DNA from: an uncultured Verrucomicrobiota bacterium
GTDB lineage: Bacteria; Verrucomicrobiota; Kiritimatiellia; CAYTQP01; CAYXEW01
Assembly (NCBI GenBank): GCA_964464115.1
Contig: CAYXEW010000005.1
Location: 1 to 51,306 of the forward strand
Length of the DNA: 51,306 nt
Reading direction: 5' to 3'
Both the position numbers and the translations under genes were made by a program. Numbering within the stretch: position 1 is the first letter of the stretch; every line of letters begins with the position of its first letter. Under the pieces are notes generated by a model that had not been told where the DNA came from, did no database searches, and worked only from the letters and a program-made list of their open reading frames with translations. This document shows, one piece after another, positions 27,663-36,258 of this stretch.

Positions 27663-28106
27663 TTGAAAATTAAGCGTAAAACATCTGATGATAAAGTGGA
27701 AATTGCGATCACACCGATGATCGATTGCGTATTTCTGTTGCTCATTTTCTTTATGGTCACATCGACGCTGCACCGGCAAGAGGCCGATATCAGCTTTGCC
27801 CTGCCGGGAGTGGCAGAGCAGTCAGACTCCGTGGACATCCCGGATGAACAGGTTATACAAATATCGCCGGAAGGTCGAGTTGCGCTGAATGATTTGGAAT
27901 ACGATACCCCCGAAGAGCCGGCCCTGCCGGAACTCACAGAAATGCTGACTCGCTTTAAAGCGACGGCGGAAGCCAACAAAGTAGAAGCGATGATCACCAT
28001 AGCGCCGGCCCTGACGGTCAAGCATCAGCGCATAGTCGACGTGCTCAACGCCTGTGCCGCCGCCAGAATAGAAAATGTGACGTTTGCGGTGGAGGAGGAA
28101 ATGTAA
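27663..28106 (+). CDS. exbD: ExbD/TolR family biopolymer transport protein (copy 2, TTG start)
   Basis: (TTG)KIKRKTSDDKVEIAITPMIDCVFLLLIFFMV is parallel to copy 1, and there is no in-frame ATG before the TM segment. ..ITIAPALTVKHQRIVDVLNACAAAR... Confidence 0.85.
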   Translation: MKIKRKTSDDKVEIAITPMIDCVFLLLIFFMVTSTLHRQEADISFALPGVAEQSDSVDIPDEQVIQISPEGRVALNDLEYDTPEEPALPELTEMLTRFKATAEANKVEAMITIAPALTVKHQRIVDVLNACAAARIENVTFAVEEEM

Positions 28107-29113
28107 TGGTTAAAAAAGCTGCCAAAACGCTTCCCCTCGTGAGCCTGATTACCAGTATCGTTGTGCATGCTATACTCGTGTCCGGCGCCGCTTACGTAAC
28201 GGTGCTGGTGGTGCAGGGTCGTCAAAAAGTGATGTTTGAAGCCAAGAAGACGCCGTCGATTCCTCCCAAAAAACTGGAACATACGATTCGCGTCAAGCAG
28301 ATGCAGCAGCAGGCCCGCAAACCGCAGTTGCTTTCCCGCCTGGCGGCCAATACGGCTTCCAAGGTGGCCCTGCCTGAAATTCCGGATCTGGCCCCGCCCG
28401 AGAAGAAAGATATGCGGGATCAGTGGATGGCGCAGCAGATTGCCGGAGATGCGCTGGGTAATGCCGGTGCTGGTGGAAAAGGGGCCGGCCGCGGTCTTAC
28501 GGGTTCGGGCGGATACTCCGACACTAAATTTTTCGGAGAGAATATCAGGACTCGCGCGATTGCTGTTCTCTTTGATGTGACGAGTACGGTATTTGATTCT
28601 GGGGCCATGGAGTATGCCCAGGAAGAGACGGCCCGCCTATTGAACTCGCTCAACCCGGCTACCAAGTTTACGACTATAGCCTTTACGGATGGGGCCCATC
28701 CCTTTTCCAGCAATATGGTGTTTGGACTGCAGAGCCGGAAGGAAGAAGTTATTCAGTGGGTCAAAGCCCTTAAAATGAATCAGCGCAATGCAAGTGATCC
28801 GCGTTACACCGGTTCGACTCCTTTTGAAAGTATTAAGCTGGCGGCCGAGTTGGGGGCTGAAACCATCTTTATTGTAACGGACGGCGACTTGCCTTATATC
28901 GCCCCCCGCGGGGAATATAAGAATAACGAGGTTAAGGGTCACCGTGAGGAAATGCTGCGATTTGCAAAGACCTTGGAAGTGAGTTTCGCGCGACCCATTA
29001 AAATCTATCCAGTGCTATGCTATCCGAAAGCCGACAAAGAATTTGATGAGGCAAAGGATTTTTACAAGAAGCTGGCCAGGGCCACCGGTGGTCGTTTTAA
29101 AATCGTCGATTAA
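28106..29113 (+). CDS. TonB/TolA-like N-terminal anchor fused to a vWA-like domain
   Basis: The TM helix LVSLITSIVVHAILVSGAAYV carries an S-x3-H motif. It is followed by a Lys/Pro-containing linker, a Gly-rich linker (GNAGAGGKGAGRGLTGSGG), and a C-terminal alpha/beta domain with AVLFDVTSTV (MIDAS-like D-x-T-x-T) and IFIVTDGDLPY. The ATG shares one base with the ExbD2 stop. Confidence 0.75.
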   Translation: MVKKAAKTLPLVSLITSIVVHAILVSGAAYVTVLVVQGRQKVMFEAKKTPSIPPKKLEHTIRVKQMQQQARKPQLLSRLAANTASKVALPEIPDLAPPEKKDMRDQWMAQQIAGDALGNAGAGGKGAGRGLTGSGGYSDTKFFGENIRTRAIAVLFDVTSTVFDSGAMEYAQEETARLLNSLNPATKFTTIAFTDGAHPFSSNMVFGLQSRKEEVIQWVKALKMNQRNASDPRYTGSTPFESIKLAAELGAETIFIVTDGDLPYIAPRGEYKNNEVKGHREEMLRFAKTLEVSFARPIKIYPVLCYPKADKEFDEAKDFYKKLARATGGRFKIVD

Positions 29114-29141
29114 TCGGTTGAGCATTTTGAATCAGCACAAT

Positions 29142-29235
29142 GGAGGGCGGACTTCCACGTCCGCCGAAAAGGTTGTGCGGGAGCACAACCCTCCAAGGTT
29201 CGCCGAAAAGGTTGTTCTGAACAGAACCCGTTCGC
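29142..29235 (+). other. Tandem stem-loop / direct-repeat element between the exb-vWA operon and glyA
   Basis: Hairpin GGCGGAC-TTCCAC-GTCCGCC (29146-29165) and hairpin GGTTGTGC-GGGA-GCACAACC (29171-29190) are both enclosed by GGAGGG (29142-29147) / CCCTCC (29189-29194). An exact 15-nt direct repeat CGCCGAAAAGGTTGT occurs at 29162-29176 and 29201-29215. A weaker third hairpin follows, then a T-run (about 29240-29249). Confidence 0.5.
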
Positions 29236-29324
29236 AATGTTTGTTTTTTGATTGTCCTTTTCATATACTTTCGGTTGAATGCATACATATTTCCATTTGA
29301 AGAAGCTGTATACTGGAGGCTGTT

Positions 29325-30851
29325 ATGATTAATGCTGTGCGTAATTACCTGAACGAAGTGCCGTCCGGAGATATAAATCCGGGTATGCTGGCCTACGTGG
29401 CCAGTTTGACCAAGGTGGCCGAGATATTCCCTGAGATTGCCGCATCGATCGTCAAAGAATTAGAGGATCAGCGCAGTTACCTGAAACTCATTGCCAGCGA
29501 AAACTACTGTTCTTTATCAACCCAGTTAGCGATGGGCAACCTGCTGACGGATAAGTATGCAGAGGGGTTTGCCAATCACCGGTTTTATGCTGGATGTGAT
29601 AATGTGGATGTGATTGAAACCCTCGCCTGCGAAGAGGCGAAAAAGCTGTTTGGTGCAGAGCATGCCTATGTGCAGGGACACAGTGGCGCGGATGCCAATC
29701 TGATTGCCTATTGGGCCATCCTGAGCACGCGTGTGCAGACACCGCTTCTCAAAGAACTGGGAGAAAAAAATCCCTCAAAACTTTCCCGCGAGCAGTGGGA
29801 ACGTATTCGTGGACAGACGGGTAATCAGAAACTGTTGGCGCTGGACTATTATTCAGGCGGCCACCTTACACACGGGTACCGGCATAATGTGTCAGCTCAG
29901 ATGTTTGATGCGCACAGTTATGCTGTCTCCGAAAAAGACGGGTTGCTCGACTATGATCAAATTGAAAAGCAGGCCATGGACCTCAAACCACTTATTCTGC
30001 TGGCGGGATACTCGGCTTATCCCCGGAAAATCAATTTTGCACGAATGCGCGAAATTGCGGATAAGGCGGGTTCGGTATTTATGGTGGATATGGCTCATTT
30101 TGCGGGGCTGGTGGCAGGCAAGGTGTTTACCGGTGAATTTGACCCGGTAAAACATGCCCATATTTGTACGGCCACCACGCACAAAACACTGCGGGGCCCG
30201 CGTGGCGGGCTCGTTTTATGCAAGGAGGAGTTTGCCGAAGACGTCAACAAAGGATGCCCACTTGTTATCGGTGGGCCGCTTCCGCATGTGATTGCGGCCA
30301 AAGCGGTAGCTTTTAAAGAAGCTAACCGTCCAGCTTTCCGCGAGTATTCGGCCCAGATTGTCAAAAATTCATCTGCTCTGGCTGAGGCCTGTGTGAGCGA
30401 AGGGCTTGATGTCGTGACGGGCGGGACCGACAACCATCTACTTTTGATCGATGTGCGACCGCTCAATATTACCGGCCGCCAAGCTGAAAGTGTAATGCGG
30501 GAGTGCGGTATAACACTGAATAGAAATTCGCTTCCATTCGATTCAAACGGCCCTTGGTACACCAGCGGGTTGCGCATCGGGACCCCTGCCGTTACAACCC
30601 TGGGGATGAAAGAAGATCAAATGCGGGAAATTGCTTCCATTATAAAAAGAGTGCTGGTGGAAACCAAAGCGGCTGCAATCAAATCCGGACCGAACGAGGG
30701 CGGAATCAGCAAGGCCAAATATCATATTGAAGACGATGCCCGGGATGAAGCTATGGCGCGGGTGAAAAACCTTCTCAAAAAGTTTCCCGTTTACCCGGAG
30801 CTGGATTTAGAGTTTCTCAAAGAACACTTCCAGAATATCGATGTTGGCTAA
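29325..30851 (+). CDS. glyA: Serine hydroxymethyltransferase (long form)
   Basis: LKLIASENY, TDKYAEGF..RFYAGC, GGHLTHG and the PLP lysine motif TTHKTLRGPRGG. GGAGG lies 6 nt upstream of the ATG. Length 508 aa, against about 417 aa in E. coli. Confidence 0.95.
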   Translation: MINAVRNYLNEVPSGDINPGMLAYVASLTKVAEIFPEIAASIVKELEDQRSYLKLIASENYCSLSTQLAMGNLLTDKYAEGFANHRFYAGCDNVDVIETLACEEAKKLFGAEHAYVQGHSGADANLIAYWAILSTRVQTPLLKELGEKNPSKLSREQWERIRGQTGNQKLLALDYYSGGHLTHGYRHNVSAQMFDAHSYAVSEKDGLLDYDQIEKQAMDLKPLILLAGYSAYPRKINFARMREIADKAGSVFMVDMAHFAGLVAGKVFTGEFDPVKHAHICTATTHKTLRGPRGGLVLCKEEFAEDVNKGCPLVIGGPLPHVIAAKAVAFKEANRPAFREYSAQIVKNSSALAEACVSEGLDVVTGGTDNHLLLIDVRPLNITGRQAESVMRECGITLNRNSLPFDSNGPWYTSGLRIGTPAVTTLGMKEDQMREIASIIKRVLVETKAAAIKSGPNEGGISKAKYHIEDDARDEAMARVKNLLKKFPVYPELDLEFLKEHFQNIDVG

Positions 30852-30854
30852 TCA

Positions 30855-31355
30855 ATGAATGCCGGTATGTCCAGACTGTTAGATAGGAAAGAGGCTGTCG
30901 ACGTAAGAGAGCAGCTTTCAAAAGAGGGAAAGAAAGTCGTCTTTACCAACGGTTGCTTCGATATTCTTCACACGGGCCACCTGCAGTATTTGACCTTTTC
31001 CCGTGAGCAGGGTGATGCCTTGATCGTAGGGGTAAATTCCGACGCCTCCGTGCGGCGCGCCAAAGGTGATAAACGGCCGGTTGTACCCCAGGAGGACAGA
31101 GCCCTTATGCTGCTGGGTTTGAGAGTCGTTGATTATGTTGTACTCTTTGAAGAAGACGAGCCTGAAGAGTTAATAGCGGCCCTCATTCCCGACGTGCTGG
31201 TCAAAGGTGAAGACTGGGCCCATTATGTTAGCGGCCGTGAAATAGTGGAAGCGCATGGCGGCAAAGTGGTTTTGGCTCAATTTGTAGAAGGCCGCTCGAC
31301 GTCGAATATTATTGAGCGTGTGCTCTCGGCATATGCTCAGACTACGTGCAGCTAA
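30855..31355 (+). CDS. rfaE2: D-glycero-beta-D-manno-heptose 1-phosphate adenylyltransferase (stand-alone RfaE domain II)
   Basis: VVFTNGCFDILHTGHLQYL, IVGVNSDASVRRAKGDKRPV and DVLVKGEDW. It starts 3 nt after the glyA stop. Confidence 0.9.
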   Translation: MNAGMSRLLDRKEAVDVREQLSKEGKKVVFTNGCFDILHTGHLQYLTFSREQGDALIVGVNSDASVRRAKGDKRPVVPQEDRALMLLGLRVVDYVVLFEEDEPEELIAALIPDVLVKGEDWAHYVSGREIVEAHGGKVVLAQFVEGRSTSNIIERVLSAYAQTTCS

Positions 31356-31412
31356 TAGAGTATGAGTGTGACGCGTGTTTTATGTGTTGGATAACGTTAT
31401 AGCGGGGCAGCG

Positions 31413-32384
31413 ATGAGTGAGTTGTTTGTAGTGACAGGCGGGGCCGGGTTCATCGGCAGTCATATTGTAAAGGCTCTGAATAAACGGGGGCACGATCGCA
31501 TTATTATTGTCGACGAGCTGGAGAAGGGCGACAAATGGAAAAATCTGCGGGGTCTTCATTATGAAGACGTCGTTCAGCCGGAGCCGTTTCGGCATACCTT
31601 TGTTGATGAGTTGTTGCCCGACGAGATTGATGCCGTCTTCCATATGGGGGCCTGCAGTGCAACCACCGAGACGGACGCCGATTACCTGCTCGACAACAAT
31701 TATAGGTATACCCGCGATCTATGCGAGTGGTGTCTGGGGCATGGGGTGCGTTTTATCTATGCTTCGAGTGCGGCAACGTACGGAGACGGAGCTCTTGGTT
31801 ACTCAGATGCCGATGAAAAAACGCCGCTCTATACACCCCTCAATATGTACGGCTATTCAAAGCATATGTTCGATATGTGGGCCCTGCGTCGCGGTCTGCT
31901 GAAACAGATTGCCGGGCTTAAATATTTCAATGTATATGGACCCGGTGAGGCCCACAAGGGCGATATGCGTTCCGTTATTCATAAGGCCTTCGGACAAATT
32001 CGGGAAACCGGAAAGGTGCAGCTCTTTAAATCTTATAGGCCCGAGTACGACGATGGCGGCCAGGTGAGAGATTTTGTGTATGTGAACGATGCTGTTGTCG
32101 AGACGCTGTACTTTTATGACAATCCGGATGTCAGCGGCCTTTTCAACTGCGGAACGGGCAAGGCCCGCACATGGAACGATTTAGTGAAGGCCGTCTTTGC
32201 CGCGATGGAGCGGGACCCCAATATTGAGTATATTGAAATGCCCGACCATCTGAAGGATAAATACCAATACCACACCGAAGCCGATATGAATAAAGTTCGC
32301 ACTACTGGGTTTGATTATGCATTTCACTCTCTTGAAGATGGTATTCAAGACTATGTGCGGGAGTATTTGATGACGGGTAAATAG
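31413..32384 (+). CDS. hldD: ADP-L-glycero-D-manno-heptose 6-epimerase
   Basis: FVVTGGAGFIGSHIVKALN..IIIVDEL, the YGYSK catalytic motif and LKYFNVYGPGE. Length 323 aa. Confidence 0.93.
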   Translation: MSELFVVTGGAGFIGSHIVKALNKRGHDRIIIVDELEKGDKWKNLRGLHYEDVVQPEPFRHTFVDELLPDEIDAVFHMGACSATTETDADYLLDNNYRYTRDLCEWCLGHGVRFIYASSAATYGDGALGYSDADEKTPLYTPLNMYGYSKHMFDMWALRRGLLKQIAGLKYFNVYGPGEAHKGDMRSVIHKAFGQIRETGKVQLFKSYRPEYDDGGQVRDFVYVNDAVVETLYFYDNPDVSGLFNCGTGKARTWNDLVKAVFAAMERDPNIEYIEMPDHLKDKYQYHTEADMNKVRTTGFDYAFHSLEDGIQDYVREYLMTGK

Positions 32385-32575
32385 TTGTTACTCACGTTCT
32401 TGATGCCGCCGCCGCACATGCCCCGATCACCACGGCTTTGCTGTGGGCGCTTCGCATACGTATGCACTAAAACGTAGCGGGATGATATCGAAAATACGGC
32501 AGAGATAAGCTGATGAACCAAACGAAAATAACGTATACGGGTCGATGAAATTCGCCTTCGAACTGATATGTTTTT

Positions 32576-32914
32576 TTACATCAGTCGGTCTGTTTTGGCT
32601 GCCATGATGAGATCGTTTTTGTGCAGATCGCCGATCTTGTGTGTCCACCACCGAACAGTTACTTTTCCCCACTCAGTCAGTAATGCCGGATGATGTCCTT
32701 CGGCTTCAGCCAGCCCGCCGACTTTGTTGGTGAAGGCCAGCGCCTCAGCAAAACTGCCAAATGCATACGTGCGCCTTAATTGAGGCATACCGTCTGTTTC
32801 TTCAATATTCCACTCAGGATGCTCAGCAAGAAATGTTTCCCGTTCTGCTGCTGTGGCTGGAGGTGCTCCCGCCCTGCACGCTTCGCATGTCAATGTTTCG
32901 TATAGCTCTGTCAT
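32576..32914 (-). CDS. Pterin-4-alpha-carbinolamine dehydratase
   Basis: ..[47 protein letters not shown]... I place the start at ATG 32914 (MTELYE). The track ORF extends to 33088 but would then overlap the permease gene. Confidence 0.85.
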   Translation of the reverse strand: MTELYETLTCEACRAGAPPATAAERETFLAEHPEWNIEETDGMPQLRRTYAFGSFAEALAFTNKVGGLAEAEGHHPALLTEWGKVTVRWWTHKIGDLHKNDLIMAAKTDRLM

Positions 32915-32973
32915 AACGAGACCAGTATATCCCGATTTACGCTGTTTACAAGGAAGAGCCTGACTTATCACAG

Positions 32974-34416
32974 TCAGTGTGCAATATGGCCGCTGATCGT
33001 TTCGGGCATAAAGGGCATTAGAATCATGAGCAGTCCCCAGGCAATCAGACAAGCGACAAGAGAGGACAGTGCGCCGATCTTCAACCAATCAAAAAACCTG
33101 ATGCCGCCGTGAGATTGTTTTTCAAGCATACCGAGCGCGACAATATTGGCCGTACTTCCGATCAGCGTTATATTGCCGCCAAAACAGGCACCAAAAAGGA
33201 GGGCCCACCAAAGCGGCATGGCGTGCAGTGTTTTGCCAAGGGCTTCAATCACGGGGGAAAAGGCGGCAACGAAAATCACATTGTCCACAAAGGCAGAACC
33301 GATGGCGGTCGTCGCCATGATGGAAGGAATGAGTACAGCCATATTGGTTCCAAAGTTTGATACAAAGGCTTCGGCGATCAGTTCGGTGACACCAGTATAC
33401 TCAAGTGTGCCGGCGATAGCGAAAAGTAGCATAAAAAACAGTAGCGTCCACCAGTCCACCTCCGTTTCGACGTAATGCCTTGCGCGATCTCTTCGCGCTA
33501 TCATGATGAGCCCGGCGCAGGCCAGCGGAGCAACCAGCAGCATACTGTTAATTTCCAGCCCCATCATTTGTTCGAGCTGGTGGTGTGAGGCGATAAAAAC
33601 CAGCGTAAAGAGCAGCACGGCGAGGCCCCGCTTATAGGGCACTTTGACTTTGGGTACAAGGCTCAACTGGCGGTCGATGCGATCTTGGAGATTGGTGTCA
33701 AAGGCTTTTAGGTCATCCCTGAACCACCACATGGTAAGCGCAACGGTGGCTGCCAGTGAAGCCAACATGATGGGGAAAGCCCATTGGATAAAGTCTTCAA
33801 ATGTCAGCCCAGCCTGAGTCCCTATAAAGATGCCGACAGGATTTCCCATCATGGTTCCTGCGCTGCCCACATTGGTGCATAAAACACAAATAATGAGGTA
33901 GGGCGTGGGGTTCAACTTTAAACGGTTGCACACCTGGAATACCAGAGTGGCAATAAAGATAATGGAGGTCACCTCGTCGACCGCACAGGCGAGAAGAGCC
34001 GAAGACACAGCCGTCGCGGCTATAAACTTTCTGCCACTCATATGGGGTATGGAAATCAGGGCCTGCACCACCCATGTGAAAAATCCTAGATCTCTGAGGG
34101 CTCCCACCACAATCATCATGCCGACAAGAAACAGAATAACCGGTAGGGCGGCCGCCTCTACAAAATGCGGTATATTCAGCGACTTTGTAAAAATCAAAAC
34201 GCCGATCCCTAGAAACGCGATGGCCAACCGAAATGTCCAGAAAAAGAGTGTTCCGAGAATGATAGCCAGAAAGACGCTGGTGGCTATGCTCTGATGGGCT
34301 GTCAGTCCGATCTGTATCCCTCCAAAAGCAATGCCCCCGCTGATACCCAGTAATAGCAGGACGCGCAGAATTAATTGAGGGGTTGTCATGGTGGCGGTAC
34401 TGTTTTCAGAATGCAT
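32974..34416 (-). CDS. Ion-transporter-superfamily permease (ArsB/NhaD / SLC13-like)
   Basis: 480 aa, hydrophobic throughout with roughly 11-13 predicted TM segments. The family call is by overall resemblance only. Confidence 0.75.
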   Translation of the reverse strand: MHSENSTATMTTPQLILRVLLLLGISGGIAFGGIQIGLTAHQSIATSVFLAIILGTLFFWTFRLAIAFLGIGVLIFTKSLNIPHFVEAAALPVILFLVGMMIVVGALRDLGFFTWVVQALISIPHMSGRKFIAATAVSSALLACAVDEVTSIIFIATLVFQVCNRLKLNPTPYLIICVLCTNVGSAGTMMGNPVGIFIGTQAGLTFEDFIQWAFPIMLASLAATVALTMWWFRDDLKAFDTNLQDRIDRQLSLVPKVKVPYKRGLAVLLFTLVFIASHHQLEQMMGLEINSMLLVAPLACAGLIMIARRDRARHYVETEVDWWTLLFFMLLFAIAGTLEYTGVTELIAEAFVSNFGTNMAVLIPSIMATTAIGSAFVDNVIFVAAFSPVIEALGKTLHAMPLWWALLFGACFGGNITLIGSTANIVALGMLEKQSHGGIRFFDWLKIGALSSLVACLIAWGLLMILMPFMPETISGHIAH

Positions 34417-34536
34417 AGTTACCTCTCTCGAATTAAAGGATAAAATACAAAGGGTGGAAACGGATCAGTTGCATCGCTACATGATCTCCTGCCATCGTTC
34501 GTTATTGGCACCGTACAGATATCCATGGCTGTTCTC

Positions 34537-35457
34537 CTACTCCCAGAAAATTTGTGACGTAAAACGGCTGAGGCTCACAATTCCCAGCAGGTGAGAGCCC
34601 TCTGTGATCAGTATTTGCCGAACTTCATCCTTCAGGAATATTTTAGCCAGTTGTATCGCCGGCGTATCCGGGCCGACAGCGATATAGTCCTGGCTCAGAA
34701 AGTCAGCGACTTTTGTGCTCTGATCATTGCGCAGCAGTTCGGCAAACGGCTGAAAATTCATAATGGGCGACAAATCGTGCATCCAGAGCAAGTGCTCAGG
34801 GAGGCAGAGTTTCAGTAAGTCTTCCAGCGCAATGACCCCCCTGACATCCTCTTCCTCATCGATGACCGGAACGAGGCTTATTTTCTTGGCGCAAATCGTT
34901 TCAATCGCGTAGCCGAGCGTATCGCTCTCCTTCAGCGTGACGGGGCGGGCAATCATGACATCCCGCGCAGTCAGGTGCGCGGGTAGCGATGCAATACCGG
35001 AAGTCAGTACTTCTATCACCTCTTTCGGAGTTTCGCAGGAGGCCAGCCGTTTTGGAGCGGCCGGTTCGCTCAGCTCTTTCGAAAGGGTGGCCACCAGTTT
35101 TAAATAAGCAGATGGATCCGATTTAGGCGTTAATACCAGTATGATAACGTTCACGATATCACCATCGGCCGTTTCAAAATCAATACCCTCAAGCGATGTG
35201 CCAATGGCCACTACCGGCTTATCCATCGGTTCGATGCGGGCGTGAGGCAGGGCTATACCTTTTGAAATAACCGTTGGCGCCACCTTTTCCCGTTCTATGA
35301 TCGCCTGAAGCGCTTCCTGTTGATTAAAGCCGCCGATATTGGAATGCAGCAGCGTAATCAGCTGGGCCAGCACTGTGTCACGATCCCTGCCGGGAATTTT
35401 GCAAAGTATGTTGTCTTGTTTTATGAAATCAGTAAATCGAACGCTTTTCTGTATCAT
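34537..35457 (-). CDS. PTS EIIA(Ntr)-type domain fused to a CBS-pair domain (regulatory protein)
   Basis: The N-terminal half is EIIA type 2 / PtsN-like with the phosphorylatable His context KGIALPHARI and VNVIILVLTP. The C-terminal half has two CBS motifs (ARDVMIARPVTLKESDTLGYAIETICAKKISLVPVIDEEEDVRGVIALEDLL.. and ..VADFLSQDYIAVGPDTPAIQLAKIFLKDEVRQILITEGSHLLGIVS). Confidence 0.8.
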   Translation of the reverse strand: MIQKSVRFTDFIKQDNILCKIPGRDRDTVLAQLITLLHSNIGGFNQQEALQAIIEREKVAPTVISKGIALPHARIEPMDKPVVAIGTSLEGIDFETADGDIVNVIILVLTPKSDPSAYLKLVATLSKELSEPAAPKRLASCETPKEVIEVLTSGIASLPAHLTARDVMIARPVTLKESDTLGYAIETICAKKISLVPVIDEEEDVRGVIALEDLLKLCLPEHLLWMHDLSPIMNFQPFAELLRNDQSTKVADFLSQDYIAVGPDTPAIQLAKIFLKDEVRQILITEGSHLLGIVSLSRFTSQIFWE

Positions 35458-35627
35458 GATGATGGCTCCCGACTAGATGGACATTTTTGGACTATACAGG
35501 GCCGGATCATAACAAAAAAGTGGAAAACGGCTAAAATCATGAATATGAAGATCTCGCTGCACGGCGGGATGCTCCAATGTATGGAAACCTCGGGTTGTAA
35601 ACCTTGCAATGATTGGAATGTCAGTCT

Positions 35628-36032
35628 TTATGAGACGCTTGCAGTTAACTGCTGGAACTCATCTTCCGGCACCTGTCCGCTTTCCACATCACGATAGCTG
35701 TCTTCTTCAATATGATGCGTGGAAAACTCGATCAGTTCGCTGTCTTCCAGACCGGTAAAACGATGACGCTGTCCGATAGCAATGTGCTGCCGGTCACCCG
35801 GCACAAGCACCTTCTTTTCATCATCCATTTCCAGGAGGACGCGTCCCTTAATGACGTAAAAGGTTTCGTCTTTAATCCTGTGATGATGGATGCTGCAGCG
35901 GTAGCCTTTTTTTAAAACGAGTTTCTTGCCACAATAGTCTTGGTTAACAATCCAGTGTTCTTCGCCCCATACTTTAGGGTAAACCGGAATCGGTCCTGTC
36001 ATTGGTTCGGTCATAATTACACCTTTTTTCAA
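35628..36032 (-). CDS. Cupin-domain protein (type II phosphomannose-isomerase C-terminal-like)
   Basis: KVWGEEHWIV..YCGKKLVLKKGYRCSIHHHRIKDETFYVIKGRV..VPGDRQHIAIGQRHRF. Confidence 0.75.
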   Translation of the reverse strand: MKKGVIMTEPMTGPIPVYPKVWGEEHWIVNQDYCGKKLVLKKGYRCSIHHHRIKDETFYVIKGRVLLEMDDEKKVLVPGDRQHIAIGQRHRFTGLEDSELIEFSTHHIEEDSYRDVESGQVPEDEFQQLTASVS

Positions 36033-36258
36033 AGTAAATAACAGTTTAGGTCATCATCCTTTAAATCTGCTTATTGTCAACAGCATTGAGCGCTCGATTG
36101 AGTATAACCGGAACGATGCCCACCAAGGTGATCGATATGGCATGCCGTGCCCTTTCGTCTGTTATCGCTATCGCTCATAATGAAAGCATAATGTGTTCTT
36201 GCTATTTGGCGCGTCCGTTTTATGGTGAACGCAGGCGCAGAGAAAATGGTTGCAACGA

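Noticed and set aside
29142-29235. Canonical tandem glycine riboswitch, or ZTP/THF riboswitch, upstream of glyA
   Set aside because: The repeat spacing is only 39 nt, far shorter than glycine aptamers as I recall them. I could not find the conserved ZTP 3' box (CCGCCUGGGC-like) or THF core sequences. I kept it as an unexplained structured element instead.
32915-33088. N-terminal 58-codon extension of the pterin dehydratase ORF
   Set aside because: The extension overlaps the 3' end of the permease gene and has no similarity to PCD. The internal ATG at 32914 gives a typical 112-aa PCD.
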